Shown here in pieces: positions 1-9,507 of a DNA stretch of 64,000 nucleotides. Position numbers and translations under genes: made by a program. Under the pieces are notes generated by a model. It had not been told where the DNA came from and made no database searches. It was given only the letters and a program-made list of their open reading frames with translations. The stretch lies in the IMG/VR virus record IMGVR_UViG_3300014205_000002, positions 144,265-208,264 of that record. One strand, given 5' to 3'. The first letter of the stretch is position 1. The number at the start of each line of letters is the position of its first letter. This stretch comes from a virus. Taxonomy: Duplodnaviria > Caudoviricetes.

Positions 1-2
1 CC

Positions 3-1787
3 GTCATTCCTGCCACGCGTGCGGACGTTGAGCAGGCCCACACGGTATGGCAGCAGCTGACGGCGGCCGAGGCCACGGCGCGCACCCGCGCGGACGCCTG
101 GCAGGCCTTGCAGCAGCGCATCGGCCAGGAGGAGGCGCAGGGCCGGGATGGCCTGCACCGGATCGACCTCGCGATCGCCGGACGCGAGGAGAATGGGCGG
201 GCCGCCCGGCGGGACTTGGAGCGCCGGCTGGAGGAGGCGCGGACCACCGCCGCCGGTCACGCCGCCCTCGTGACCGAGCATGCGAAGGTTCAGGCCGAGC
301 TCGCGGCGGTCGAGGCGTTGCTGCCGCAGCTGGAGGCTGTGCAGCTGAACGGCATCGAGCTTCGCGCGGCGTACGACCTCCTCAAGGCCGATGGCGTGAG
401 GATCGTGGAGCGCTGCGAGGCGACGGCGGCGAAGATCACGCGGATGGACGCCGAACTCGGTCATGACGGCTGTGAGGCGACCTGTCCGCTGTGCGCGAGC
501 TCACTGAGCGGCGAGCGGCTCGCGAACCTGCGCACCCAGCTAATCCAAGAGATGCAGACCGACGCCGAAAAGCGCTGTGAGGTCGCGGAGGCACTGGCAC
601 AGGCGGAGCCGAAGCTGGAGGCGTCCCGCGCGGCCTATGTGGATTTGCGGGATCGCATCAAGGGCCAGGCCGATATCCAGCGCCGCGAGGTCGCACTGGC
701 CGGCCAGGTGAGCCAGGCGGCCGATGCCGTGAGCCTGGTCGTCTGGCTGGAGTCGGCGGCCTCGGTCCAGGAGGTGCCGGATACCGAGTTGGTCGCGCTG
801 CAATCTGAGCGTGCGGCCCTGGTGGCCGCGAACCTCGCTGTCAGCCAGGCATCGCTCGCCGAGCAGCAGGCGGTCGGACATGATGCCGCGGGCTACGCGG
901 TGTTGCGCGGGCAGCTCGCGGAGGTTGCCGAGGCTCCGGCGCGCTGGGCCGAACTCCAGCAGGCGTTGTTGGCGGTCGAGCAGGCGCAGAGCGCTATTGC
1001 CCGCCTGGAGGGCGAGCGAGAGGGGCATGTGCGCTCGGCTAGCGAGGCCGCCATCGCGGCGAACGAGGCCCGTATCCGGGCGACCAGGCACGGGGACTGC
1101 GAGCGCGAACTGGCGGCCACCCAGTCGGAGGTGATCGCCCAGCGCAACGTGGAGCGTCTGGCTCAGCAAGAGGTCGCGCGCATCGAGGCGGCGATCACCC
1201 GGGCCCAGGAGGACGCTGCGGAGCTGGTGATTCGCGAGGTGGAATGGAACCGCGCCACCGAGGATGTGCGCACGTTCAAGACGCTCGACAAGGCCTTCGG
1301 CAAGGGCGGCATCCAGGCTCATGCGATCGAGGCCGCCATTCCCGAGATCGAAGAAGAGGCCAACAGGATCCTCGGGGGCATCTGCGAAAACCAGATGCGC
1401 ATCACCCTCGTGACCCAACGCGACACCAAGGCGGGAACGGTGGTGGAGACGCTCGACGTGCGGATCGAGGACGATGCTGGCGCGCGTCCCTACGAATCCT
1501 ACTCGGGAGGCGAGGCTTTCCGTATCAACTTCGCCATCCGGCTTGCGCTCTCGCGCCTGTTGGCGCGGCGTGCGGGGGCCAGGCTGGAGACGCTGGTGAT
1601 CGACGAGGGCTTCGGTTCCCAAGACGATCAGGGGCGGGCGCGGTTGGTCGAAGCGATCAACGCCGTGTCTGGTGAATTCCGGCGTATCCTGGTCGTGACC
1701 CACATCCGCGAGTTGCGCGAGCTGTTCAACACGCAGATCGACGTCACAAAGGTGCGTGGCGTCTCCCATGTGCGCGTGGCGGGTTAG
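3..1787 (+). CDS. sbcC: SbcC/Rad50-family SMC-like ATPase, 5'-truncated by the window
   Basis: Frame is open from base 3. Long coiled coil with CPLC zinc hook, signature YSGGE, Walker B/D-loop LVIDEGFGSQD and H-loop VVTH. Confidence 0.93.
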   Translation, partial: VIPATRADVEQAHTVWQQLTAAEATARTRADAWQALQQRIGQEEAQGRDGLHRIDLAIAGREENGRAARRDLERRLEEARTTAAGHAALVTEHAKVQAELAAVEALLPQLEAVQLNGIELRAAYDLLKADGVRIVERCEATAAKITRMDAELGHDGCEATCPLCASSLSGERLANLRTQLIQEMQTDAEKRCEVAEALAQAEPKLEASRAAYVDLRDRIKGQADIQRREVALAGQVSQAADAVSLVVWLESAASVQEVPDTELVALQSERAALVAANLAVSQASLAEQQAVGHDAAGYAVLRGQLAEVAEAPARWAELQQALLAVEQAQSAIARLEGEREGHVRSASEAAIAANEARIRATRHGDCERELAATQSEVIAQRNVERLAQQEVARIEAAITRAQEDAAELVIREVEWNRATEDVRTFKTLDKAFGKGGIQAHAIEAAIPEIEEEANRILGGICENQMRITLVTQRDTKAGTVVETLDVRIEDDAGARPYESYSGGEAFRINFAIRLALSRLLARRAGARLETLVIDEGFGSQDDQGRARLVEAINAVSGEFRRILVVTHIRELRELFNTQIDVTKVRGVSHVRVAG

Positions 1788-2113
1788 ACGTCAGGGAGGT
1801 CGCCCCGCTCGGCGTAAGCGGCGCGCACCTCCTTGACGTAGCGGCGGCACGGATAGAAGTGCGGAACCGCCCGGGGCGGGAGGAGTTCCTCCTCCTTGGT
1901 CTTCGGGCGGACGAACCGCTGGGCCTTGTGGATCGTGACTCCGAAAATGCCAAAATTCCGAAACGTGACGGAAAGCCCGTCCCGCATGGCCTTGGCGAGC
2001 ACGTCCAAGAAGGCGTCCAGGACAGTCTCTACGTCCTCCTGAGAGATCTGGGCGCGGTGAGAAACAGCCTGTATCAGGCGTCTTCGTGATAACGAGGGGC
2101 CATGCTTGTTCAT
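1784..2113 (-). CDS. hup: HU/IHF-family DNA-binding protein
   Basis: LIQAVSHRAQISQEDVETVLDAFL...VTFRNFGIF...RPKTKEEELLP...VPHF matches the HU fold. Start reassigned to ATG 2113. Confidence 0.88.
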   Translation of the reverse strand: MNKHGPSLSRRRLIQAVSHRAQISQEDVETVLDAFLDVLAKAMRDGLSVTFRNFGIFGVTIHKAQRFVRPKTKEEELLPPRAVPHFYPCRRYVKEVRAAYAERGDLPDV

Positions 2114-2118
2114 GGAAC

Positions 2119-2148
2119 CATTATCCGCGCGGGTCGGACCAAGGTCAA
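2119..2148 (-). promoter_or_regulatory. sigma70-like promoter of the HU gene, probably leaderless
   Basis: TTGACC-N17-GATAAT ends 6 nt before the ATG, with no SD. The spacer contains TTGGTCCGACC. Confidence 0.6.
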
Positions 2149-2194
2149 GAACCGCTCGAAGTGAGACGGTGACTCGACCCTGCGGACTGACTGA

Positions 2195-2237
2195 ACTCTG
2201 ATTACATGTTGCATTTGTAATCAGAGTGCGGTAATGT
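2195..2237 (+). promoter_or_regulatory. Promoter with a 12-bp inverted-repeat operator upstream of the AbrB-like gene
   Basis: TTGCAT(2209)-N17-TAATGT(2232). ACTCTGATTACA (2195-2206) and TGTAATCAGAGT (2216-2227) flank the -35. Confidence 0.55.
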
Positions 2238-2282
2238 GCAAGAGTACATATAACGACGTGGTCGGCAAAAAAGGAGTGAACC

Positions 2283-2639
2283 ATGAGTCAAGCGGCAGCG
2301 CCCAAGATCGTCTGCATCTACGACTGCCAGGTGGTGAAGAACGGTCGGTCCTTGTCGGTGACGCTCCGGAACCATGTCTCAAAGGCCATGGGGCTAAAGC
2401 CTGGTGACCCCGTGCGAATCGCGGTCCGCGATGACGGGGTGCATGTGCTGGTCTTCATGGAGACAGAGATGACCAGCAACGGCGGCTCGACGACCATGCC
2501 GCGGCCGATTCATCTGGCGATGGAGGATCCGACCAAGCCGCTCCTGGTCATTCCCGAAGGCCGGCGCGTGCGGGCGAAGACGTCCTTCATTCGTAGCCTG
2601 AACGCGCGCGATCAGCGCCAGTTCAAGTTCGCCCAGTAG
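2283..2639 (+). CDS. AbrB/MazE/SpoVT-family DNA-binding protein
   Basis: VVKNGRSLSVTLRNHVSKAMGLKPGDPVRI swapped-hairpin motif, SD AAGGAG. Confidence 0.8.
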   Translation: MSQAAAPKIVCIYDCQVVKNGRSLSVTLRNHVSKAMGLKPGDPVRIAVRDDGVHVLVFMETEMTSNGGSTTMPRPIHLAMEDPTKPLLVIPEGRRVRAKTSFIRSLNARDQRQFKFAQ

Positions 2640-2640
2640 G

Positions 2641-3417
2641 TCAGATGATCTCGGGACCGCCGTCGCCCTCGCGCGGCTTGTCCGCGATCAGGCTCTGGGG
2701 GGTCTGAACCTGGAGCCTGAGGGCGAACTCTTCCATCCACTTGTCCTTGTCCTTGTCGAGCTCATACTTGAAGCTCTGCTCGGAGAACTTGTTGACCATG
2801 CCGCCGCAGGCGATCGCCTTGTCGAACAGTTCGTTGAAGTGGGCGCGCTGCTGGGCGGGCTGATCCTCATTGATGATCGCCTCAAGCTGCGGCTTGATGT
2901 AGAGCTTCATCATGTTGTGGAAGAGGTGCAGGGCCTCGCCGACCGCGGTCTTGGCGTCGACCTTCGTGTCCGACTGCTGGTTTGAGAGGAACAGCAGCTG
3001 GCCCGTGTCGAACGCCATCGCGTTGCGCATGAGCATGGCGGCTTGAGGCCGGATGTTCTGGAGCTTGTCGAGGTAGAGCGCGCGCTCGACTTCCGTGGGG
3101 AAGACCGAGACGTCGAAGAAGCAGTCCGCGTAAACCTGGACGTCGTCGATGCTGTCCTTGAGGATCTTGGCGGTGTCGGCCACGGAGCGTGTGGCGAACA
3201 GGATCACCTCGTACATCGTCCGGGTGGACTCCGAGCGGTAGATCTCCAGGGCGCGGTTGTAGGCGCGCACCTTGAGCTTGCCCTCAACGACCTGGCGCAG
3301 GGTCTGGGCGATCTTGTCGGCCTTGCTCATGACGAGCAGGCCGTCGCGCTGGGGTTCCTCTCCTGTGGCGAGCGCGACGCAGTTCCAGCGATGCCTGGGC
3401 GAGTGCATGTGGCTCAT
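2641..3417 (-). CDS. Hypothetical protein
   Basis: 258 aa, GC3-biased codons, starts 3 nt after the upstream stop. Confidence 0.75.
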   Translation of the reverse strand: MSHMHSPRHRWNCVALATGEEPQRDGLLVMSKADKIAQTLRQVVEGKLKVRAYNRALEIYRSESTRTMYEVILFATRSVADTAKILKDSIDDVQVYADCFFDVSVFPTEVERALYLDKLQNIRPQAAMLMRNAMAFDTGQLLFLSNQQSDTKVDAKTAVGEALHLFHNMMKLYIKPQLEAIINEDQPAQQRAHFNELFDKAIACGGMVNKFSEQSFKYELDKDKDKWMEEFALRLQVQTPQSLIADKPREGDGGPEII

Positions 3418-3420
3418 GCG

Positions 3421-4116
3421 CTACCCTTTCGGCTTCGGCTTGCTGATCCCTTTGCTCGCGGGCTTCCCCTTGGCCTTGGCGGCCGGGGGTTTGGTCGCTT
3501 CCTTTTTTTTAGCTGGCGGCGGAGCTGGCTCTGGCTGAGGCTTTGGTCTGGGGCCGACGGATACGCCCTTGACGCCGTTGCGATCGCGCTTGACTGCGGT
3601 GATGTTGTCGGCGTCGCCGGCGATGTTCAGCATGAAATCGGGGACGCCGTCGAGATCGACGCCGTGGGCGTTCACCTTACCAGCTCCCTTGCGTTTGCCG
3701 GGGACGTCGTTCTTGCTGGCTGGTTTCTTCGCGCCCTTGCGCGCAGGCTCGGGCACTCTGATCTCGACATCTTCGGGGCCGAGGGAGCCCTCGGGGTTGG
3801 ACTTGAGCTTGACCTTGACGCCGTTGAAGTCGCGATCGCGCAAGGGCCCCACGATCGACGAGCCCGCGATGATTGGGCAACCCTCGGTGCGCTCGTACAG
3901 GACGAAGACGTAGAAGCTATCGGGAACGACGACGTCGTCTTCTTCCTCGCGAAAGGCGTGCTTGATGCTGCCCTTCGCCATCTGTTCCTTCTGTACCAGG
4001 ATCCGCAGGGTATGACCATCTTCGGCGAGGATCTCATTGAGGATTCGCTCGCCTTTGGGGGTCATGATGTCGAGGAGTTGGCACTCCTTGCGGAGCCTGG
4101 CGCGCAGCAGGAACAT
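3421..4116 (-). CDS. Hypothetical protein with a Lys/Pro/Ala-rich tail
   Basis: 231 aa, tightly packed with neighbours, basic low-complexity C-terminus. Confidence 0.75.
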   Translation of the reverse strand: MFLLRARLRKECQLLDIMTPKGERILNEILAEDGHTLRILVQKEQMAKGSIKHAFREEEDDVVVPDSFYVFVLYERTEGCPIIAGSSIVGPLRDRDFNGVKVKLKSNPEGSLGPEDVEIRVPEPARKGAKKPASKNDVPGKRKGAGKVNAHGVDLDGVPDFMLNIAGDADNITAVKRDRNGVKGVSVGPRPKPQPEPAPPPAKKKEATKPPAAKAKGKPASKGISKPKPKG

Positions 4117-4119
4117 CGC

Positions 4120-6309
4120 CTATACGGCGGCGGCGTTCCGTCCGACCATCTGCGCGTTCACGAGATTCGCGCGGAACTTGTCGGACTCGTCGAGGATGCG
4201 CTTGCCCTCGTTCTCGGTGATGAAAGGAATCTTGCCCAGGCGCACCAGTAGCAGGATGCGGCCGGCGAGATCCTGGACGTCCTCCAGCTGGTTGCCCAGC
4301 GTGGAGTACATGGCCGCCATCTCGTCGGGTCCAAGCAGGCCCATCGCCATGGAGGTGAGCTCGTCGGCAACCTCGGCAAAGAAGGGGATGTCGGGACCGA
4401 TGCCTGCGCCGAAGTCAGCCCCAGGGGCTGCGGCACCGGGAACCCCTGGCGCACCCGGTGCGCCGTTGGAGGCGTTCGGCATCCCCGGTGCGGCCCCGCG
4501 CTGACCGGGAGGTCCAGAGGGGGCCTGGCCGGCGGGTGCCTCCTGGACGGCGCGGTTGGCATCCGGCCCGCCTGGTCCGGACTCCTTGGGCGGCTCACTG
4601 GTCTTGCGGTTGGGTCCGCTCTTGTCGGGGCTGAGATCCTTCTCCTCGCCTTCGGAGGCGGGGCGCTGGGCCGCAGACTTGACCACGCCGTAGAGCAGCA
4701 GCGCGAGGGCGAGCGGCTCACTGGCGAGCGAGGCCTCCTTGCGCAGAGGCTCCTCGGTGAGGATGGCCTTGAACGGCCGTGCCACATGGATGTCGACCTG
4801 GCGCAGGTGTTCGAGTGCGTGCTCGGGGCTGAACCCGTAGCGATTCATGAGCTGAGCGAGCAGGGGCCCGCGAGCCATGCCCTCGGAGACGGCGCGGCCA
4901 GCTTCCTGGATCGAGTACAGACCGCCGCCGCGGAGGACACGCACCTCGGTCTTCTTTGGCTGGGCTTCGATATTGGGGCCTGGATACTGGCCGCGCATCG
5001 GGTTAAGATCGATCCGCTTCGGCTGGAGCCTGTAGATCATGTAGCCCGTCTTCGGGAAGGCAATCTCGCTCTGGGACAGGCGGTAGGGGCGCTTGTTGTC
5101 GCCGAACCGCAGCGTCTCCGTAGCCTGGTAGCCGAGCGCGGGCGCGACCACCAGCGTGAAGCATCCGCCAGGCAGCTCGGTGAAGCCCCGGATCGTGAAG
5201 GGCACAGAGGCCTCGCCGGTCTGCTCACAGAGAATGAAGGCGACCTCGCCGGGCTTGAAGCTGGAGGGCTGGTAGAACTGATGCAACTCCTCGGAAGAGG
5301 TGCTGGGGCTCGGCGTGGCGTAGATCCACTGATCGAAGGCGTGACCGTCCTCCATTGCCGCAAGCATGTAGGAGCAAGGGCGGCCGTCCAAATAGGTCGT
5401 ACGGAAGGCGCGCAGGCGGCCTTCGAGAGCGTCGCTGTGGACTGCGTACCAGCCGGGCTCATTGACGGACTGCGCGCAGGGCTCGTCCTTGGGGCGCGGA
5501 TACATCTGCTCGTAGTCGCCGGCGATGCCGAAGGCGCTCTTGTCGCGGAAGTCGAGGATGATGGGCAACCCCTTCATGAGCGCGACCACATGGGCTGCGG
5601 GATCGTGACCACAGGAGGCCAGAAACTCGGCGGCGGCCTTGATTGAGATCCAATCACTGGTCTGGCCGTCGGCGGTGATGGTGGCGGTGTCTCGGTGCGA
5701 GGGATCGACAACCACTGCCGTCGCGAAGGGCTTGAGCGAGGCGGCCTTGCAGCGATCCATCAGCGCGACCATGTCGTCGAGGTGGCGCTCGACGAGGAAC
5801 TCGTCGAGGCCCTCGCAGGCGGCCTTACCGAGAAGGGTCTCGACGGCCAGGCGTGCGCCATCGCCCAGGCGCTCGGTCGCGAGCTTGACCGGCTGGGTCA
5901 TGTTCATGACGTCGGGGCGTCCGCGCCGGCGGCCCGCACCGAACATGCCCGAGTAGGGCGGCATCAGGCTCATGGCGAGGTCACCCTGGGCTCCGGGTGG
6001 CAACTTCTCGACGGGCTTGCCCAGACCGACGCCGCCTACGGCCATCGTCGCATTGACCTCGGTAAGGCGGCAGAAGCGGCTCTCGCCGTCCTCCATGCGC
6101 ATCAGGAGGTCGATGGGCTTGAGGTCGAACGAGCGCACCACGAAGGGTACGAAGGCACCGGTGAGCGCGACGACGCCGAACGCGTTACCCTCCTCGTCGT
6201 TCTCCAGGATGCGCACGAACTGCACATACGGCTCCAGGGCAGGGAACTGCTGGTTCAGCTGCTGAGCAATGACGACGCCCCATTGGGCGGGATCGAGGGG
6301 CAGACGCAT
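4120..6309 (-). CDS. Large hypothetical protein, possibly virion/head-associated
   Basis: Start reassigned to MRLPLDP (SD GGAGG). About 730 aa with a G/P/A-rich linker. The structural role is inference only. Confidence 0.65.
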   Translation of the reverse strand: MRLPLDPAQWGVVIAQQLNQQFPALEPYVQFVRILENDEEGNAFGVVALTGAFVPFVVRSFDLKPIDLLMRMEDGESRFCRLTEVNATMAVGGVGLGKPVEKLPPGAQGDLAMSLMPPYSGMFGAGRRRGRPDVMNMTQPVKLATERLGDGARLAVETLLGKAACEGLDEFLVERHLDDMVALMDRCKAASLKPFATAVVVDPSHRDTATITADGQTSDWISIKAAAEFLASCGHDPAAHVVALMKGLPIILDFRDKSAFGIAGDYEQMYPRPKDEPCAQSVNEPGWYAVHSDALEGRLRAFRTTYLDGRPCSYMLAAMEDGHAFDQWIYATPSPSTSSEELHQFYQPSSFKPGEVAFILCEQTGEASVPFTIRGFTELPGGCFTLVVAPALGYQATETLRFGDNKRPYRLSQSEIAFPKTGYMIYRLQPKRIDLNPMRGQYPGPNIEAQPKKTEVRVLRGGGLYSIQEAGRAVSEGMARGPLLAQLMNRYGFSPEHALEHLRQVDIHVARPFKAILTEEPLRKEASLASEPLALALLLYGVVKSAAQRPASEGEEKDLSPDKSGPNRKTSEPPKESGPGGPDANRAVQEAPAGQAPSGPPGQRGAAPGMPNASNGAPGAPGVPGAAAPGADFGAGIGPDIPFFAEVADELTSMAMGLLGPDEMAAMYSTLGNQLEDVQDLAGRILLLVRLGKIPFITENEGKRILDESDKFRANLVNAQMVGRNAAAV

Positions 6310-6350
6310 CCGAGGGTCCTCCAGGCTATAGTTTAGCACGGCTTCTGAGG

Positions 6351-6398
6351 CTATTATAGGGGGAGCGGCCGGATGGTCGGTCCACCGTGCCGTATAAT
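6351..6398. promoter_or_regulatory. Divergent promoter region
   Basis: TATAAT on the - strand (6353-6358) and on the + strand (6393-6398) between divergent genes. TGGTCGGTCCA lies at 6374-6384. Confidence 0.55.
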
Positions 6399-6428
6399 AT
6401 GGGTAGGGCCAACGGTCCATGAGGTGAT

Positions 6429-8030
6429 ATGCGCGACGGACGAGCTTACCTGGCGTTCATCAGCGACTTCTGGACGAGCATCTGGACCGACGCCAAGGTG
6501 CTGTCGGCGGTGATCGGCGCGCAGCACGAGATCCTTTACCGCCTGTACCTCCAGGCGGTGCGAGCGGCGGTGCCGGACTTCATCGACCAACTCCCCTTGT
6601 ACCGCGAGGACTTCTGGCATCTGATCCTTGTCGCCGAGTCGAGCCGGGTGACAGCGGGGCAGCCGACCTTCTTACTCCAGAGCGACTACCACCGCATTCC
6701 CTTCCTCTACGATCGCATGTTCGACCCGCTCGTGAGCATGCGCGAGGCCACTGACTACACGCTTGCGACCGACAACGGCGAGACGACCGTGACCTTCGCG
6801 ATCGATCCGTTCGCGCCAGGTGTTCCGCGCTTCCCCGTGCGCGATCTCGGCGACGACCGGCAGATCGTCATGTTCGCGCCCAAGGTCTACGTCGATCGCG
6901 ACGATCTCTTCGAGGCTTTCGGTCACTTCACCCGCATCGTCCAGCCGACGAGCGAGCAGTACCGCCAGCTGGTGAAGGGCGTATTGTTCATCTACGCCCA
7001 TGGCCCCGTGCTCCAGCCGCTGAACGCCGGGCTGAACCTGGCGGCCGGCTACCCGGTCAGCCGGGATCACGACAAGGTCACGAGCATCAGCGTCGATGCG
7101 GGCTCCTACGTGATCGGCACGGCCAAGGGCCACGTCTACCGAGTGCCGGACGTGGCGACCCTTTCGGTGGCGATTGGCACGATCCTCAGGCCCATGTCGA
7201 CGTTCATCCTCGACATCCGCGTCTTCGACCACATCTCCGATCCCGAGTGGTGGTCGGGCGGACCAGGGAATGTCGACCCGGCCAAACGAGTGGTGAACTT
7301 TCTGCCCGTCGACCTGGTGCCGGAACTCTCCGAGCCCCTGCGCGACGATGCGGCCGTGATCGACTACATGATGGACACCTACCTCAAGTTCAACCTGCTC
7401 GGGCTCTCGGTAAACACGCTGGCGCTCACGACCTTCAACGCGATCGAGGACTTCTTTCGTGTGCTCTACGAGGTGAAGCCGCACTACACCTCGCCCTACA
7501 CCAACGCCTTCTTCAAGGTCTCCGAGAGTTGGGCGCTGCCCCAGGAGGCGATCGAGATCGTGGCGGCGATCGATCTAACCACGGGCCTGGCGCTCGACGA
7601 CGTCGGACCCGGTGGGGCCGAGTACTGGACCTTTCCTGCTGACCTCAAGCTGAACGCCCGGCTCAGACTCGGGCCGAGGCACCGCGACATGCTCAGCCTG
7701 GAGCACACCGCCCATGACAACCCCCAGCTTGAGGCGGGCTTCGACCTGTCGCCGCGCAATGCGATCATGGGTGGCCCCGTCACGCTGAACAGCCTGCGTG
7801 TATTGGGAAACTACCCCGACGGCGGTGTGCGCGAGCGCATCACGATCGGCGTCGAGTTCGACACCGACGACACGGTCACGCTCGGCGACGATCGCGTGCA
7901 GCTCGTCATGCAGGTCGAGAACCGGCTGGGCGACGAGAGCTTTTACCTGGGCGACTCCGATTACTTCCTTGGCGAGAATTACGGGCTCGGCGTCGATCCC
8001 GTCGTCTTCGGCGACGCACTGCTGCCATGA
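6429..8030 (+). CDS. Putative baseplate/tail-associated structural protein
   Basis: 533 aa, acidic and beta-rich. YRQLVKGVLFIYAHGP...LNAGLN resembles baseplate wedge proteins (recollection). SD GAGG. Confidence 0.5.
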   Translation: MRDGRAYLAFISDFWTSIWTDAKVLSAVIGAQHEILYRLYLQAVRAAVPDFIDQLPLYREDFWHLILVAESSRVTAGQPTFLLQSDYHRIPFLYDRMFDPLVSMREATDYTLATDNGETTVTFAIDPFAPGVPRFPVRDLGDDRQIVMFAPKVYVDRDDLFEAFGHFTRIVQPTSEQYRQLVKGVLFIYAHGPVLQPLNAGLNLAAGYPVSRDHDKVTSISVDAGSYVIGTAKGHVYRVPDVATLSVAIGTILRPMSTFILDIRVFDHISDPEWWSGGPGNVDPAKRVVNFLPVDLVPELSEPLRDDAAVIDYMMDTYLKFNLLGLSVNTLALTTFNAIEDFFRVLYEVKPHYTSPYTNAFFKVSESWALPQEAIEIVAAIDLTTGLALDDVGPGGAEYWTFPADLKLNARLRLGPRHRDMLSLEHTAHDNPQLEAGFDLSPRNAIMGGPVTLNSLRVLGNYPDGGVRERITIGVEFDTDDTVTLGDDRVQLVMQVENRLGDESFYLGDSDYFLGENYGLGVDPVVFGDALLP

Positions 8031-8761
8031 GTGCGCGCCCGTTGCCACGGCTGGAAGCCTCGCTTGGTGTTTTCCTTGCCGACTGCGGGGCCACGCTCGC
8101 CACGGACAAGGTCGCCGAGAACCGCTTCCATGCGGTCACGACCTCGCAGCTGCATGCGGTCAGCGCCCAGTCCGTCGAGACCCAGGAGCGCAATGCGAAG
8201 CAGATTGCAGAGATGGTGGGCATGATGCTGGCTCCGCCCGAGGCCCTGGATACAGCGTCGGGCCCCTACGTCGGGACTTTCAATTACAACAACATCGACC
8301 CCAAGGACTTCACGGTCTTCGACGGCCGCAAGACCGTCCGTTTCAAGGGCAAGTACACCGTCGGCGGGGCGGAGATGCATGTCGGCCGGGCGATCGCGAG
8401 TCGCGTAAAGGCCCTGATCGAGTACGCCTGGACCCAGAATATCAACCTCAAGATCAACGAGGCCGAGCGCACCTACGACACCCAGTTGCTCTACTGGAAG
8501 CGTTACCAGAACACGCTGGCGGCACGCGCGGGCAGGACTCGCCCGTACCCCGGTCTCGGCGATGGCCCGATTGCCGCCCGTCCAGAGACAGGCAATCACC
8601 GCAAGGGCCTGGCCGTCGACTTTAACCTGCTCGGCAATGGCTCAAACTGGCAGAAGACCTACCAGTGGCTGCATAAGAACGCGCCCCGCTTCGGCCTCTA
8701 CAACACCTTTGAGCAGCGCGGCTTGTTCGACGCGCCTCACTGGTCTGCGAACGGATCCTAG
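8027..8761 (+). CDS. Peptidase M15-family (VanY-like) peptidoglycan peptidase
   Basis: ERTYDTQ, ARPETGNHRKGLAVD (HxxGxAxD Zn motif), WLHKNAPRFG, DAPHW. Confidence 0.85.
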   Translation: MSARPLPRLEASLGVFLADCGATLATDKVAENRFHAVTTSQLHAVSAQSVETQERNAKQIAEMVGMMLAPPEALDTASGPYVGTFNYNNIDPKDFTVFDGRKTVRFKGKYTVGGAEMHVGRAIASRVKALIEYAWTQNINLKINEAERTYDTQLLYWKRYQNTLAARAGRTRPYPGLGDGPIAARPETGNHRKGLAVDFNLLGNGSNWQKTYQWLHKNAPRFGLYNTFEQRGLFDAPHWSANGS

Positions 8762-8763
8762 CG

Positions 8764-9507
8764 ATGCCCGTTCCGCCGCACCCTGGCCTGGACTTGTTCC
8801 TCAAAGACTGCGGCGCATCACTGCCCGTCGACAAGGTGGCGGAGAATCGCCTGCATGCGGCGAGCACCCATATGCTGCGCGACGTCGGCGATGCGACGCG
8901 GGCGATTCAGGAGCGCAACGCCAGCCAGATCGCGGAGATGCTCGGATTGTTCATCTCGCCGGAGTTCGGAGCGGTCGGAGCTGGCCCCGAGTCGGTCACC
9001 GCCGTGAGCTTGGCCGAGTTCAAGCGCCGGATCGGCGGACACCCGCGGGCCTTCGTGCTGTTCCTGCTGCCGGCCGCCAGGCACATGGAGAAGCAGTTCG
9101 ACATCCCCGCCATCGTGGCGCTGGGCCAGGCGGCCTGGGAGACGGGCTGGGGGGCACCCGCCGGCGTCAAGACCTACAACCTCTGGAACCTGCGCGCGGA
9201 CGCGGCCTGGGTGAAGGAGGGTCGGCGCTACTACGACACCGGCACCAACGGCAAGTTCCGCGACTACTCGAACTTCGTCGAGGCGATCATGGACTACGCC
9301 CGCAACATGACCCGCGGCGTCAACAACCCGACCGAGAAGGGTTACTACGTCAAGGCCGTGAACGCCTACCGCCGGCACCGCTCGCCCGAGCAGTTCGTCC
9401 GCGATATCTCTGAGATCTACGCGCCCGTCTCCGACGGCAACAACAACTACGCCGGCGGCGTGCTCGGACGGATGAAAGAGATCAGGGAGATCGTGCCAGG
9501 CCTATGA
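8764..9507 (+). CDS. GH73/FlgJ-like glucosaminidase (peptidoglycan hydrolase)
   Basis: IPAIVALGQAAWETGWG, YNLWNLRA, FRDYSNFVEAIMDY and terminal YA motif. Confidence 0.85.
   Translation: MPVPPHPGLDLFLKDCGASLPVDKVAENRLHAASTHMLRDVGDATRAIQERNASQIAEMLGLFISPEFGAVGAGPESVTAVSLAEFKRRIGGHPRAFVLFLLPAARHMEKQFDIPAIVALGQAAWETGWGAPAGVKTYNLWNLRADAAWVKEGRRYYDTGTNGKFRDYSNFVEAIMDYARNMTRGVNNPTEKGYYVKAVNAYRRHRSPEQFVRDISEIYAPVSDGNNNYAGGVLGRMKEIREIVPGL

Noticed and set aside
540-1769. Long antisense or alternative-frame ORFs (also 3043-4251, 22565-23851, 27155-28396, 61601-62704 and others)
   Set aside because: These are shadows of real genes, produced by high GC3, and carry no motifs.
2283-2639. MazEF-type toxin-antitoxin pair
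   Set aside because: No co-directional toxin gene follows, and the next gene is convergent.
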